Below are positions 10,701-20,230 of a DNA stretch of 64,000 bases, piece after piece. The translations under genes were made by a program, and so were the position numbers. Origin of the DNA: Candidatus Latescibacterota bacterium (GTDB lineage: Bacteria; Latescibacterota; UBA2968; GCA-2709665); NCBI GenBank assembly GCA_965219995.1, contig CBDCOX010000002.1, positions 2,944,001 to 3,008,000 of the forward strand, given 5' to 3'. The notes under the pieces are model-generated. The model saw nothing but the letters and a program-made list of their open reading frames with translations. It did no database searches and was not told the origin of the DNA. Positions within the stretch are counted from its first letter, which is position 1, and the number at the start of each line of letters is the position of its first letter.

Positions 10701-10978
10701 GCTTCCTCCTCCAGTTCCGAGATTTCGTCCAGCAGCGAGGAACGGTCCATTTCGTCCTCGCTCCTCAACTCCCCGCGCAGACGATCCAACTGTTCCGTAT
10801 ATTCGGCTGTCTCATCCGCCAACCTTCGCTTGAACTCCGCCGTCTTATCGCGGAGATCCGCGTCCGAAAGCGTGGACAGAGACTCGCAATGCCCGTTTAT
10901 ACCTTCGACCGTCGGCCAGAGCTTCTTCAGGTCTCGATCGTACTTGGTTCCGAATACTTTCTTGATCACACCCATCAT
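7748..10978 (-). CDS. secA: Preprotein translocase ATPase SecA
   Basis: MATGEGKT, DEADSILIDEARTPLIISG, ATNMAGRGTDI, QLRGRAGRQGDPG, C-terminal CPCGSGKKYKKCH. Confidence 0.98.
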   Translation of the reverse strand: MMGVIKKVFGTKYDRDLKKLWPTVEGINGHCESLSTLSDADLRDKTAEFKRRLADETAEYTEQLDRLRGELRSEDEMDRSSLLDEISELEEEAREVEAETLEEVLPEAYAVYKETCRRFKAEGKQWERAGEAIVWDMVPYDVQMLGGIVLHQGKIAEMATGEGKTLVAGMPLYLNGLTGRGAHLVTVNSYLAKRDAMWLGPVYLFLGMSVGIIQDRSMEAEAYRMEEDGQGGYRLRECDHQEAYRADIIYGTKDQFGFDYLYDNMAVRPDDLMQREHYFAIIDEADSILIDEARTPLIISGAVAEADNQRYDEMRPLVERLVRAQTRVVTGTLNEAEERLDEEEYEAGIRLLQVQRGMPKNRRFMKLLQEEGTKRLIGRVEADYLRDKRMAEIDEDLYFSVDEKSHVIDLTDKGRVEISRKPDDFVLPDLDEVLHEIEADDSKPPDEKARAQDDAYQDYARKSEAIHSVQQLLVAHTLYEKDVRYIVDGGQVIIVDEFTGRPQPGRRFADGLHQALEAKERVKVERDTQTIATITLQNYFRLYYKLAGMTGTAETEAAELFQIYKLDVVVLPTNEPVRRIDSEDLIFRTKREKYSAIVDEIERLNHMNLPVLVGTISVEVSELLSRMLKRKGIRHSVLNARHNQQEAQIVAMAGQPGAVTIATNMAGRGTDITLGDGVVKAPEDHHCALIPGANGEGRLCPHLEEYRCREEIPCGLHIIGTERHEARRIDRQLRGRAGRQGDPGNSRFFISLEDDLMRLFGSERIARIMDRLGAEEGEVIEHRMVTRSIERAQKRVEARNFEVRKHLLEYDDVMNQQREVVYDRRRHALEQHNIYEQIEEEMEDVVNASFGSHLPDEGTQDDWDLDGLYRDLRQIFLQVPEVPPETLPELKEDGFRERLFDGIRSAYRRRESLIGAARMREIERMVYLGVTDEKWKDHLREMDDLKEGIGLRGYGQKDPLIEYKREGFQMFVDLLDEINRETLKTLFRIPVEEEMTRPGGRRPQQVSLVHQDATGMGFDIGGEASPIADTSTSASEGGPPRQRPVRVQKVGRNSPCPCGSGKKYKKCHGQPGRVPA

Positions 10979-11430
10979 AAGCGTTTATCCACCGTTTCGC
11001 GACAATCCACGTTCTCTGCCATGATACCCTGTTGCCTGACCAGCGCATCAAGAATGCCGTTGATAAACGTCGGCGCCTTCTCGACACTGTACCGCTTCGC
11101 GAGTTCAATGGCCTCGTTCATGGAAACCCTGAACGGGATATTGTCGAATGCCAGCATTTCGGTAAGCGCCATCCACAGCAGGATGCGATCGATCCTCGCG
11201 ATGCGTTCCAATGCCCAGTTCCTGGAAATTCCTTCGACCATTCGGTTCAGTTCTTCTCTTCGCGCCCAGGTCTCCCGACCCAGCGCCTGCGCGAATTCCG
11301 CCGCGTCGTCCGACAGTTCCGCACGAATCGCCATGGTATGAAGCGTCTGGTGCACGGGGTCCCCCGAACTCTCGCTCCAATATAGCGCCTGCAGCGCAAC
11401 TTCACGGGCTTTTCGGCGCGAACCCGTCAT
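10975..11430 (-). CDS. nusB: Transcription antitermination factor NusB
   Basis: [31 protein letters not shown]; follows ribH. Confidence 0.95.
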   Translation of the reverse strand: MTGSRRKAREVALQALYWSESSGDPVHQTLHTMAIRAELSDDAAEFAQALGRETWARREELNRMVEGISRNWALERIARIDRILLWMALTEMLAFDNIPFRVSMNEAIELAKRYSVEKAPTFINGILDALVRQQGIMAENVDCRETVDKRL

Positions 11431-11906
11431 TTCTGGTCGTCGTCCCAGGACGCCAGCAAATTCGCCATCTCCAAAGCGCCCATGGCGGCCTCCCATCCCT
11501 TGTTACCGGCCTTGGTTCCCGCCCTCTCGATTGCCTGTTCGACAGTGTCGGTGGTCAACACGCCGAAAAGACACGGCACGCCGGATTCCATCCCTGCCGA
11601 CGCGATCCCTCCGGAGACCTCGTTGGCCACGTAATCGAAGTGGGGCGTACTCCCGCGAATCACGGCGCCCAGACAGATCACGGCATCGTAACCTCCGCTG
11701 AGCGCCATTTTCTTTGCGATCAGCGGAATCTCGAACGCACCGGGAACCCAGGCCACGTCCACGTTTTCCGGATCGCATCCATGACGCGTCAGACAATCTC
11801 GGGCGCCTTCGAGCAATTGCTTGCTGACCAGCGCATTGAAGCGACTCACAACAATGCCGAAGCGTCTGCCGCCCGCATGCAATCCACCCTCATGCACTCT
11901 CGCCAT
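11427..11906 (-). CDS. ribH: 6,7-dimethyl-8-ribityllumazine synthase
   Basis: [35 protein letters not shown]. Confidence 0.97.
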   Translation of the reverse strand: MARVHEGGLHAGGRRFGIVVSRFNALVSKQLLEGARDCLTRHGCDPENVDVAWVPGAFEIPLIAKKMALSGGYDAVICLGAVIRGSTPHFDYVANEVSGGIASAGMESGVPCLFGVLTTDTVEQAIERAGTKAGNKGWEAAMGALEMANLLASWDDDQK

Positions 11907-13164
11907 ACGTTTCCTCCGGGCCGCCGTCGACCAACTTCAGATCTTCTTCGCTGAACATGTGTCCCATTTTCTTCTTTTTGGTGCGCAAATACCGGATATT
12001 CCATGGCGTTGGATCGATCCTGACGGGTACCCGTTCCACAATCTCGATTCCATATGCCTCCAGGCCCACCCGCTTGGCCGGGTTGTTGGTGATCAACCGC
12101 GCCTTCCTGATGCCGAGATCCAGCAGAATCTGGGCGCCGATGCCGTAATCGCGCTCGTCCATCTTGAATCCCAACTTCAGATTCGCCTCCACGGTATCGT
12201 AACCCTGTTCCTGCAGATGGTATGCTTTGATTTTTTCGCGAAGGCCGATACCCCGGCCCTCCTGCCGCATGTAGACAACGGCGCCGCGACCATCCCGTTC
12301 AATCAATTCGATCGCCGAGTGGAGATTCGTGTTGCAGTCGCACCTGAGCGATCCGAAGGTGTCTCCTGTAAGGCACTCGGAGTGCATCCGCACCAGCACG
12401 GGATCGGCTGCCGAGAGGTCTCCCTTGGTCAGTGCCACGTGTTCCCGCTGGTCGACTTCACTCTCGTACAGGTGAAGTTCGAACTCGCCGAACTGTGTGG
12501 GGAGGCGGACGGTCTCCAGACATTCGACCAGTTTTTCCGATCGGCGGCGATATGCGATCAGATCGCGAATGGTGATAATCTTGAGGTGGAACTGCAGGGC
12601 CATTTCCATCAGTTGCGGCAGCCGGGCCATCGTCCCGTCCGGATTCAGTATCTCGCACAGTACGCCCGCGGGGTAGAGGCCGGCAAGCCTTGCCAGGTCC
12701 ACCGTCGCCTCCGTATGGCCCGCCCGGCGCAATACACCTCCGGGACGTGCAGACAGCGGGAATACGTGTCCGGGTCTGGCGAAATCGGGTGCCTGGGCGT
12801 CCGGGTCGACAAACCGCCGTATGGTAACGGCCCGGTCCTGCGCCGAAATCCCTGTGGTGGTGCCCTCAACCGCGTCGATACTCACTGTGAACGGCGTTCC
12901 ATGCAACGCGGTGTTTCTGCCCACCATCATTTCCAGTTCCAATTCCCGTAACCGCTCCGGTGTTGCCGGCAGGCAGACCAGACCGCGCCCGTGAAGGGCC
13001 ATGAAATTGATAATCTCGGGCGTGACCTTTTCCGCCGCGGCGATCAGGTCCCCTTCGTTCTCCCGGTCCTCATCGTCCACGACGATCACCAGTTTTCCCG
13101 ACCGAATATCGTCCAGCGCCTCTTCGATGGACGCAATACGGAACCCGTTGTCGATCTCAGACAT
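11890..13164 (-). CDS. ribBA: Bifunctional DHBP synthase / GTP cyclohydrolase II
   Basis: [40 protein letters not shown]. Confidence 0.97.
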   Translation of the reverse strand: MSEIDNGFRIASIEEALDDIRSGKLVIVVDDEDRENEGDLIAAAEKVTPEIINFMALHGRGLVCLPATPERLRELELEMMVGRNTALHGTPFTVSIDAVEGTTTGISAQDRAVTIRRFVDPDAQAPDFARPGHVFPLSARPGGVLRRAGHTEATVDLARLAGLYPAGVLCEILNPDGTMARLPQLMEMALQFHLKIITIRDLIAYRRRSEKLVECLETVRLPTQFGEFELHLYESEVDQREHVALTKGDLSAADPVLVRMHSECLTGDTFGSLRCDCNTNLHSAIELIERDGRGAVVYMRQEGRGIGLREKIKAYHLQEQGYDTVEANLKLGFKMDERDYGIGAQILLDLGIRKARLITNNPAKRVGLEAYGIEIVERVPVRIDPTPWNIRYLRTKKKKMGHMFSEEDLKLVDGGPEETYGESA

Positions 13165-13198
13165 TTAATGCCACTCCCGGCGGAAATACGTTGAGATA

Positions 13199-13870
13199 TC
13201 AAACTCTGCGACTGTCGTCAAACCCTTTTTTTTCAACACCGTACCCAATGTCCGGTACCGCGGCCAATTCGCCGTTCGCCACGTGAGTTCCTGTCAGCCT
13301 CTCCAGATACCGCGCAACCATGTCGACCTCCAGATTCACCGCGTCGCCGACCCGGCGTTCGCCGATCGTTGTCGCTTCCATGGTATGCGGAATCACCGCT
13401 ACCGTGAATTCGCCTGCGCCCACAGACACAACCGTCAGGCTGATTCCGTCCACGGCGATCGAACCCTTTCCGGCCACATAACGAGCGAGCACCGCCGGCA
13501 TCCCGATCCGGAACACGACGTTGTCCGCCCATCGCCGCCGCTCCCGCACCCGGCCCACGCCGTCCACGTGTCCGGCCACCAGATGGCCGCCAAGGCGATC
13601 CGACAGCTTCAGCGACCGTTCCAGATTCACCCTGTCACCCGCCTTCAACCTCCCCAGGGTCGTGCGCTCAAGGGTCTCCTGGATGGACTCGAACGAGAAC
13701 CCCTGCCGCCCCACGTCGACAACCGTGTGGCAGGCGCCGTCGATCGATATGCTATCGCCGATGGCGACATCCGCCGGAACGCGGCTCGCCTCCAGCGCCG
13801 TACGCTGATACCCGGCCCGTCTTCGGACGTCGCAAACCAGCCCCACTTCCTCGACAATCCCCGTAAACAT
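13199..13870 (-). CDS. ribE: Riboflavin synthase (alpha chain)
   Basis: MFTGIVEE N-terminus, VNLER, GGHLVAGHVDG, KGSIAVDGISLTV. Confidence 0.96.
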   Translation of the reverse strand: MFTGIVEEVGLVCDVRRRAGYQRTALEASRVPADVAIGDSISIDGACHTVVDVGRQGFSFESIQETLERTTLGRLKAGDRVNLERSLKLSDRLGGHLVAGHVDGVGRVRERRRWADNVVFRIGMPAVLARYVAGKGSIAVDGISLTVVSVGAGEFTVAVIPHTMEATTIGERRVGDAVNLEVDMVARYLERLTGTHVANGELAAVPDIGYGVEKKGFDDSRRV

Positions 13871-13883
13871 CAATCCCTTCCTT

Positions 13884-14987
13884 TCACGGGGCCGCGGGTT
13901 CCCGTACCGCAGCATCCTTCACCCGCGCCGTGTAGAACAGATCGGGCCCGGACCAATCCACTTCCACGTCATGCAGGAGAATCGCATCGGCCATTCCTGT
14001 TATCCCCAGATCGCCTACCGAATCAATCCCTTTACCGAGAATCGCGGGGGCGATAAATACGGCCAGCCGGTCGATCAACCGGTCGCGCATCGCGGACGCC
14101 GCCACGGAACCGCCGCCTTCGATCAATACATGCGTGATTCCTTCGCTGCCCGCGCGGGAGAGTACCTCTCGCAGCAGTGGCCTTCCATCCATGTGCGAAC
14201 AGACCCAGACGCGAGCGCCGCATTCCTCCATCGCTTCGACTTTTTTTTTCGAGACCCCTTGCGCCGCGGCAAGAATCAGCGGCGCCCCGGCGAATACCCT
14301 TGCATCCCTTGACGTCTCAAGGCGGCCATCCAGCACGATCTTTATCGGATCAGGACCGTCCAGGTGACGGACCGTCAGCATCGGGTCGTCCGCGTCGACC
14401 GTTCGCCGCCCGACCATCACCGCCGTTGCCTCGGCACGCAGCCCGTGCGCGCGGATTCGGGACACGTCGGAGGAAATCCATCGTGATTCGCCAGTAGCGG
14501 TCGCGATCCGGCCATCGAGGGTCTGCGCCAGCTTCAGGGTAACGAAAGGAAACCCCGTCGTCCGGTGTTTGATGAAAGCCTCGTTCAGTCGCCGCGCCTC
14601 GCCCTCGAGCACGCCGACTTCCACCCGAATGCCCGCCTCGCGCAAGCGGCGGATTCCCCTGCCCGATACCCGTTTATCCGGATCCACCATCCCGCACACG
14701 ACCCGCGCCACCCCCTTCCGGATCAACAGATCGACGCACGGCGGCGTTCGGCCGGTATGCGCGCACGGCTCCAGCGTCACATAGAGCGTGACGTCCGGCG
14801 TTCCGACGGCCACGTCTTCGAGCGCATAAACCTCCGCGTGCGGTTTCCCGGATTCCGGATAATGCCCTTTTCCGATAATATGCCCGTTCCTGACGGCCAC
14901 AGCGCCCACCATCGCACCGTCCCCAATCCGACCGCGTCCTTTCTCGGCCAGCGACAATGCCAGCCGCATATAATCCGCATCCGTCAT
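13884..14987 (-). CDS. ribD: Riboflavin biosynthesis deaminase/reductase
   Basis: HAE...TLEPCAHTGRTPPC, KLAQTLDGRIA, LIEGG. Confidence 0.96.
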   Translation of the reverse strand: MTDADYMRLALSLAEKGRGRIGDGAMVGAVAVRNGHIIGKGHYPESGKPHAEVYALEDVAVGTPDVTLYVTLEPCAHTGRTPPCVDLLIRKGVARVVCGMVDPDKRVSGRGIRRLREAGIRVEVGVLEGEARRLNEAFIKHRTTGFPFVTLKLAQTLDGRIATATGESRWISSDVSRIRAHGLRAEATAVMVGRRTVDADDPMLTVRHLDGPDPIKIVLDGRLETSRDARVFAGAPLILAAAQGVSKKKVEAMEECGARVWVCSHMDGRPLLREVLSRAGSEGITHVLIEGGGSVAASAMRDRLIDRLAVFIAPAILGKGIDSVGDLGITGMADAILLHDVEVDWSGPDLFYTARVKDAAVREPAAP

Positions 14988-15025
14988 ATTCCACCCCGTG
15001 TGCCGGGGACGTGTATCCTTCAGCC

Positions 15026-17101
15026 TTACTTCACATCCACCATCGCCTTGCCCACCCCCACGTTGCCCAGCGCATCGGTCGCGCGGACCACCACCGTATT
15101 TTCTCCCGCCGCCAACTCCCGCAGTTCGAAACGCAAGGTCTCCGTCCTGGAATCGAAGATCCGGTCAGACGGAAAAACCACCTTCCAGTCTCCCGAATTC
15201 ACCGCGTAGTCCGCCTTCCACAGCGGGCTCGCAGCGTCATCAAGCGATCCCTCGACGATAACGGCCCCTCCCGCAACGGGCTGTATCTGAAGCCGGACGG
15301 TGGGCGGCGTGTGGTCGAGATCGAACGGTTCACTGATCTCTTCGCCGGCCATTGCCAGTTCTTCGGGATTCGCCAGCCGGTCCGACGCCACCACCCGGAC
15401 CAGCATCGTACCCTCGGGGGCAGACTCGGTATGCCAGTCGTAGGCATTGGCAATCAGGTCCTCCTTCAGGAGTTTCCAGGTTTTCTCGGAGCGACCCCTG
15501 TAATACAGCGCGTACACCAGCCGGTCGTCATTTGCGTCTTCCGCCTTCCAGGAGATTCGCCAGACGCCTCTGGCGTTCCCCTGCGCCTGCCTGCCGTTCC
15601 CGGCGTCTTTCGGCGCAGCGCCCTTACCCCGGGCGTCAAGTGGAGAAACCGCGAGTGCAGTCACCCGCGGGCCCATGTTTTCCTGCAGGCCCACCAGACT
15701 CACCTCTCGAATCATCGGCGTTGTCGCGCCCGTTGCCGAACTCAACTCGGCACGATACTGCAGGAATCGGGCGGGCGGGCTGGATATCTGACCGCCCTGA
15801 CCGACTGTGGACCATCCACTCCACGTATCGTCCGGTTTCTTGCTGTTTCCCGAACGGGTCCGGAATTGAATCGACGCACCCTCGGAGATCTCAGAATTCC
15901 ACCCGATCCTGCCCCACTTCGAAACCAGATAGAAATCTCTCGCCCTGGATTCCAGGCTGCCATTGCGGGCGTATGACGTACCCAACCGGTACACTTTCCC
16001 GGCGCCCGCGGTCCCCACCCAGAACTCGCCGGTCGCGGACCTGCAGAATGCCCATGGCTGTACGTCTTTCAGTCGGGTCAGCAGCGTGGCGCGACCCGTA
16101 AGGTCCACGCGATAAATGCTTCCACTGTCTCCCGTGAGCGCGGTAATCTCTCCATCGTCTGCATGTAATGCCAGGAGCATCGGCTCCTCCACGTCCCAGA
16201 GGCGAACCGTCGCACCCGACGGTCGTATGGCGTACAGCACGGAACCCTGTTGCGAGGCAGAGGATCCCTGACCCTTGGCGGCCTGCTGCGAGCCACCCTT
16301 TCCGCCCCCCTTGGAACGCCTGGACATCGCACCCGCAAACAGGATCCCGTCAGATCCCATCGCCAGTGCATGGATTTCATCTTCCGCCGCATCGTACAAC
16401 ACTTCCACTCGTCCCTGCGCGTTGATCCGGTAGACCAGCCCGCTCTGATCCGTACCCGCATACACCCGGCCGTCGGCGTCCCGAATCAGCGAAACCACAT
16501 TGTGGTCCTGGCTCTGATAGATCTCGTCGACCTTTCCGGCCGAAGAGATACGCAGAATGCGTCCGTGTCGCCCGCCCGTGGCCGCGTACAGGCCTCCCCG
16601 TCCATCCGGCGCCAGTGCCCAGACGTGCTCGTTTCCGGTCCGACAGAACATCTCCGGCTCCTTGCCCGGTACAACACGGTACACAATACCGTCCGGGGAC
16701 GAGCCGGCATAGAGCGTCCCGTCCGTTCCCACGGCGAGAGAAAAAATGGCCACTTCGGGAGAGTCGAACAGGAGCGTTGGCGCCTCCGAGCCGTTATACG
16801 CAAAGATCTTGCCGCTGTTGCCCGTCGCGATATACAACCGACCGCCTCTCCCTTCGGCGAGCGCCCAGACGAAATCTTCGCCCGTATCCGCTGCAATCTC
16901 CACCTCGGGCGCAAGTAACACCGTGCCGTCTCTGGTTATGGAGACGCCTTCGGCTTCGCCCCGGAGAAAGGCCTTATGCGACTGTTCGCGCCAGACGATC
17001 GGCTCAACGCCGCCTGCCGCACCCGGCAGGCAGTACAGTACGAAACAGAGGCACGCCAACAGTACGCGAACCTTCGGATGTGCGTTTCCCGTGTCCAACA
17101 A
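15026..17101 (-). CDS. Exported beta-propeller protein with C-terminal Ig/Fn3-like domains, function unknown
   Basis: Signal-peptide-like N-terminus; repeated blades of the form (V/I)xxLAxxxDGxLYAG(T/S); beta-rich C-terminus ending VVVRATDALGNVG. Confidence 0.8.
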   Translation of the reverse strand: MLDTGNAHPKVRVLLACLCFVLYCLPGAAGGVEPIVWREQSHKAFLRGEAEGVSITRDGTVLLAPEVEIAADTGEDFVWALAEGRGGRLYIATGNSGKIFAYNGSEAPTLLFDSPEVAIFSLAVGTDGTLYAGSSPDGIVYRVVPGKEPEMFCRTGNEHVWALAPDGRGGLYAATGGRHGRILRISSAGKVDEIYQSQDHNVVSLIRDADGRVYAGTDQSGLVYRINAQGRVEVLYDAAEDEIHALAMGSDGILFAGAMSRRSKGGGKGGSQQAAKGQGSSASQQGSVLYAIRPSGATVRLWDVEEPMLLALHADDGEITALTGDSGSIYRVDLTGRATLLTRLKDVQPWAFCRSATGEFWVGTAGAGKVYRLGTSYARNGSLESRARDFYLVSKWGRIGWNSEISEGASIQFRTRSGNSKKPDDTWSGWSTVGQGGQISSPPARFLQYRAELSSATGATTPMIREVSLVGLQENMGPRVTALAVSPLDARGKGAAPKDAGNGRQAQGNARGVWRISWKAEDANDDRLVYALYYRGRSEKTWKLLKEDLIANAYDWHTESAPEGTMLVRVVASDRLANPEELAMAGEEISEPFDLDHTPPTVRLQIQPVAGGAVIVEGSLDDAASPLWKADYAVNSGDWKVVFPSDRIFDSRTETLRFELRELAAGENTVVVRATDALGNVGVGKAMVDVK

Positions 17102-17141
17102 CCTTTCCTCCTGCTATTTGCATTCTCTGTTCGCTGCCGGA

Positions 17142-18953
17142 CTATTTCCCTTTACCGCCGGCGCCGCCGCCCTCGGCGAAAATAACGCCGTTTCGTTTTC
17201 TGTTCACGTCCAGGACAACGACCTGACTTCCCGAAAGCACGTAGTCCGTGGGAATCCGCGTCCTTTGTACAACGGTCTGCCGAACCGGTTTTACAGCATC
17301 CGACGAACGGGAAAACCTGAGCACCGAAAGTACCGAGGACGGCAGCCTTGACAGTTCGCGTCCCTCGATCGTCACACCCTGGGCGCCGGACAACAACTCG
17401 ACGACCAATTCATCGTTTCGGCGGACCTGCCCCAGCAGGCGGATGAGATGATCCAGATTTCCGGCGTTATGTTCACCCGGCGCCCGCTTGGCTTCCTGTT
17501 TGCCATGGGCCGATGCGCTGGAAACCCGAAGAATGAGCCGGCCTCCCGGCGTCTGACCGGGAATGACCAGCGCCTCCCGAATCTGCTCCAGGCCGCCCCA
17601 ATAGGGCCTCAACGAAACCGCGACGCGCACGGTATCGCCGGGCTGGTACGACGTCTTCTGCAAACCGACCGAATTGATGTGGGCGGTATGTGCCCGCTCG
17701 GCTTCAACATCCAGGTCGAAGGTGACCCTCTCGATCCGGACGGGCTCAAATGGATTCCGGATCAGTTGCGTCAGCGGCGTGGTGACCCCCGTCACCGCCT
17801 GCCCGAGGCCCAGCGGGCCGGCATAGACGTTCTCAGCCTCTATGGACGGACGTCCCTTCAGGTCAATTCTCACGCGGGATGTGACCGTCACCTCTCCCGT
17901 CAACTTCTCGGACGAAACCATCGCGCTGAATACGGCAATCCTCAAGAGCGCGGGGCTGAGGTCACGGTTTCGCAGGACCTCCATGCGGAACTGCGCCTGC
18001 TTTCCCGGGGAACGCAAATTGATCTGAGCAGGCATCATGTCCACGTCAAGACCGACGGTTCCCGCGATGCCCGGAGCGCGGTCCTGAACGATGGCGCCCA
18101 TGGTTTCACCGGCCACGCCCAGCTTGAATGACGCGTATTGGCTGGGCAACACTTCGTGAATATAGGCGGCTGTCATCGGCAACGCCGTGGCGCCGCCAAA
18201 AATCATGGAATGCCCGAAACCGACCACCCGGTCGCCGTCGCGATGGGTCAGCGTTCCAATTCCCGTAACGCTGAGATCGCCACGTACGAGTTGTACGCCA
18301 AGGGCGGCGCCGGGTTCGAACGCTCCCGCGGGCAGGCCGGTGTCCGCGCTACCGCCGCCTTGAACCGGCGTCCATCCCAACTCAGAGAATTCCCGTTGGA
18401 ATTCAGCCACCGCGCGCTGCGCGAAACCGGAGATAACGATCGGCAGGCTGATCGGCGTCAGCTCAGCTGGTTCCATCCCCGTCAGATCGAGCAGTCGTCG
18501 TGCGCCGGCTTCCGGCAACCGGGCCGCCGAACGGATGCCATCCGGCGCGGCCGGCCGATTGAACAGATCGACCATGGCCGCAATTGGCGTGATCCCGGCG
18601 ATGGGTTCCTTCGCAAAAGCGCCAACCCGATACGATACTGCGCCGATCAGCTTGCCATCGACGTAAACCGGGCTGCCGCTCATCCCCAGGATTACCCCCG
18701 TCCTGGACAACGGCCCGCCGGACAACCGGGCGAGAATCAGGTCGCTGCGAGGCCCGATCGCGTTGTGCAGTACACCCAGGATTTCTACCTGAAACGTATC
18801 GATCCGCGTACCCTGGAAGACCGTCCGTCCGAACCCCCTCATCCCCCTGCGGAGTTCTTTTACGGGAAGCGTGGCCACACTCCCCCAGGAATTGGCGACG
18901 ATTGCGCACCACAGCAGGGCGGGAAGCGTTGTTTTCAGAAGGCGCGCCACCAC
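17142..18953 (-). CDS. Exported SpoIVB-like peptidase (family S55) with long C-terminal extension
   Basis: GMRGFGRTVFQG, GVILGMSGSPVYVDGKLIGAV (catalytic Ser motif), GTLT...GFGH. Confidence 0.88.
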   Translation of the reverse strand: MVARLLKTTLPALLWCAIVANSWGSVATLPVKELRRGMRGFGRTVFQGTRIDTFQVEILGVLHNAIGPRSDLILARLSGGPLSRTGVILGMSGSPVYVDGKLIGAVSYRVGAFAKEPIAGITPIAAMVDLFNRPAAPDGIRSAARLPEAGARRLLDLTGMEPAELTPISLPIVISGFAQRAVAEFQREFSELGWTPVQGGGSADTGLPAGAFEPGAALGVQLVRGDLSVTGIGTLTHRDGDRVVGFGHSMIFGGATALPMTAAYIHEVLPSQYASFKLGVAGETMGAIVQDRAPGIAGTVGLDVDMMPAQINLRSPGKQAQFRMEVLRNRDLSPALLRIAVFSAMVSSEKLTGEVTVTSRVRIDLKGRPSIEAENVYAGPLGLGQAVTGVTTPLTQLIRNPFEPVRIERVTFDLDVEAERAHTAHINSVGLQKTSYQPGDTVRVAVSLRPYWGGLEQIREALVIPGQTPGGRLILRVSSASAHGKQEAKRAPGEHNAGNLDHLIRLLGQVRRNDELVVELLSGAQGVTIEGRELSRLPSSVLSVLRFSRSSDAVKPVRQTVVQRTRIPTDYVLSGSQVVVLDVNRKRNGVIFAEGGGAGGKGK

Positions 18954-18990
18954 TCAGACCCTTTCTCATCAAACGGTAAGGGAGCCACGA

Positions 18991-19019
18991 AATCTACGTT
19001 GCGCCTGCGGAAAAGTCAA
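18991..19019 (-). promoter_or_regulatory. Sigma70-type promoter of the S55 peptidase...secA run
   Basis: TTGACT-N17-TAGATT. Confidence 0.7.
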
Positions 19020-19175
19020 GCATTGCAAGGTCCTAATGTCCTGTCCGGGAATTAGATTGCCGAGATTCGGCAGGCAGGAAACAGCAGAAACAACCTTCCG
19101 TATACAGCAGTCAGCCAAACCTGGTCGCGCATATGGCAAGGCGATATCAATTCGCGGATTTCAGCGCCACAATCC

Positions 19176-19200
19176 GGGCAACCAGAAGGGTTGCCCCTAC
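19176..19200 (-). repeat. GTAG-family REP-like palindrome
   Basis: Minus strand GTAGGGGCAACCCTTCTGGTTGCCC: GTAG foot plus GGGCAACC/GGTTGCCC stem. Confidence 0.7.
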
Positions 19201-19350
19201 AGATACCGAATCGCGGTCTACGTCTCGCCCATCCGGAGGGCTTGCAGATCAATATCGGAGACCGGGTCCAATCACGCAGATATTATACCCGTTTTTGGAG
19301 AGTGGAACAAGCCCCTTGTGAAAACCCGTTCTTATCCGTATCATAATCCC

Positions 19351-19821
19351 ATGCAAATCATGTTGCTGGCGGTCGGCAGATGCCGCAATCCGTACCTGAG
19401 AGAAGGCGTATCGGACTATATCGAACGCATACAGAGATACGCCAGCCTGGAACAAATCGAACTGAAAGAGGAACGGACCCCGAAGAAGGGCGCGGCGCAA
19501 GGCAGTCTTGCCGTAGAGGCCAAACGCATTCTCCGCAGCCTTCCGGAAAAGACGTATCTTGTCGCACTCGATCCCGCCGGAGACGTTTGCACTTCCGACG
19601 CCCTCGCAAGCCGGATAAGAAAAATCGGTATTGACGGCACAAGCCGAATCGCGTTTGTCATTGGCGGCCCTGCGGGCCTTTCTTCACGGGTTACCGGCCG
19701 CGCCGACTGGCGACTTTCGCTTTCTTCCTTCACCTTTCCGCACGAAATCGCCCGTCTGGTGCTTCTCGAACAAATCTACAGGGCATATACCATTATACGC
19801 GGCGAGCCGTATCACAGGTAG
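19351..19821 (+). CDS. rlmH: 23S rRNA (pseudouridine1915-N3)-methyltransferase
   Basis: FVIGGPAGL, LSLSSFTFPHEIARLVLLEQIYRA, GEPYH. Confidence 0.96.
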   Translation: MQIMLLAVGRCRNPYLREGVSDYIERIQRYASLEQIELKEERTPKKGAAQGSLAVEAKRILRSLPEKTYLVALDPAGDVCTSDALASRIRKIGIDGTSRIAFVIGGPAGLSSRVTGRADWRLSLSSFTFPHEIARLVLLEQIYRAYTIIRGEPYHR

Positions 19822-19887
19822 GTTCCGTCACGGTCAATCCCTCAGAAACGCGGGGGGATTTCAGACCTCGCGCGTTCGGCAGTCAGA

Positions 19888-20129
19888 CGAGAAAAGCCCG
19901 GAAAACAGGTCCAACCGACAGCCGTGGAGAGATGATTCCGCCACCGGAATCCGGCTGCCGCGAACGTCTCCTGTTTCCGGGCTTTTTATTCAGACCGAAT
20001 TGCCTGGAACTACAGTTTCGGGGGGAACGGAAGAAATCCGGATCCGACAACCATGGTGAACGGCCGGAGGGGTATCGGCCAGAGGGATGCCGGAAGAGGG
20101 GTCGTCTCAATCGCATGCTTCCTGAAAGC
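19888..20129 (-). ncRNA. Candidate structured small RNA (or sORF transcript), unassigned
   Basis: Downstream of promoter 20136-20164; three C-rich repeats, then a ~95-nt rod-like hairpin ending in a U-run. Confidence 0.35.
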
Positions 20130-20135
20130 AATTGA

Positions 20136-20164
20136 AAGATAAGCCATAGTTTTTCCCCAGTCAA
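20136..20164 (-). promoter_or_regulatory. Sigma70-type promoter with no known gene downstream
   Basis: TTGACT-N17-TATCTT in an AT-rich patch. Confidence 0.6.
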
Positions 20165-20230
20165 GGGTAAGTTTGTCGTAATATACTGTTTTACATTATC
20201 TTGTGGTCTCCCTGCGGAGGTATACCTTAT

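Noticed and set aside
13165-13235. A8-GGG-TTT run near the ribE 3' end as a programmed frameshift or sequencing error
   Set aside because: It lies in the non-conserved tail after both lumazine-binding domains; no functional consequence can be supported.
14988-15025. FMN riboswitch ahead of the rib genes
   Set aside because: The gap is only 38 bp, too short, and has no RFN motif.
19800-19821. rlmH 3' end as an SCCmec-like attB site
   Set aside because: Similarity reflects the conserved EPYH peptide; no recombinase or duplicated att site follows.
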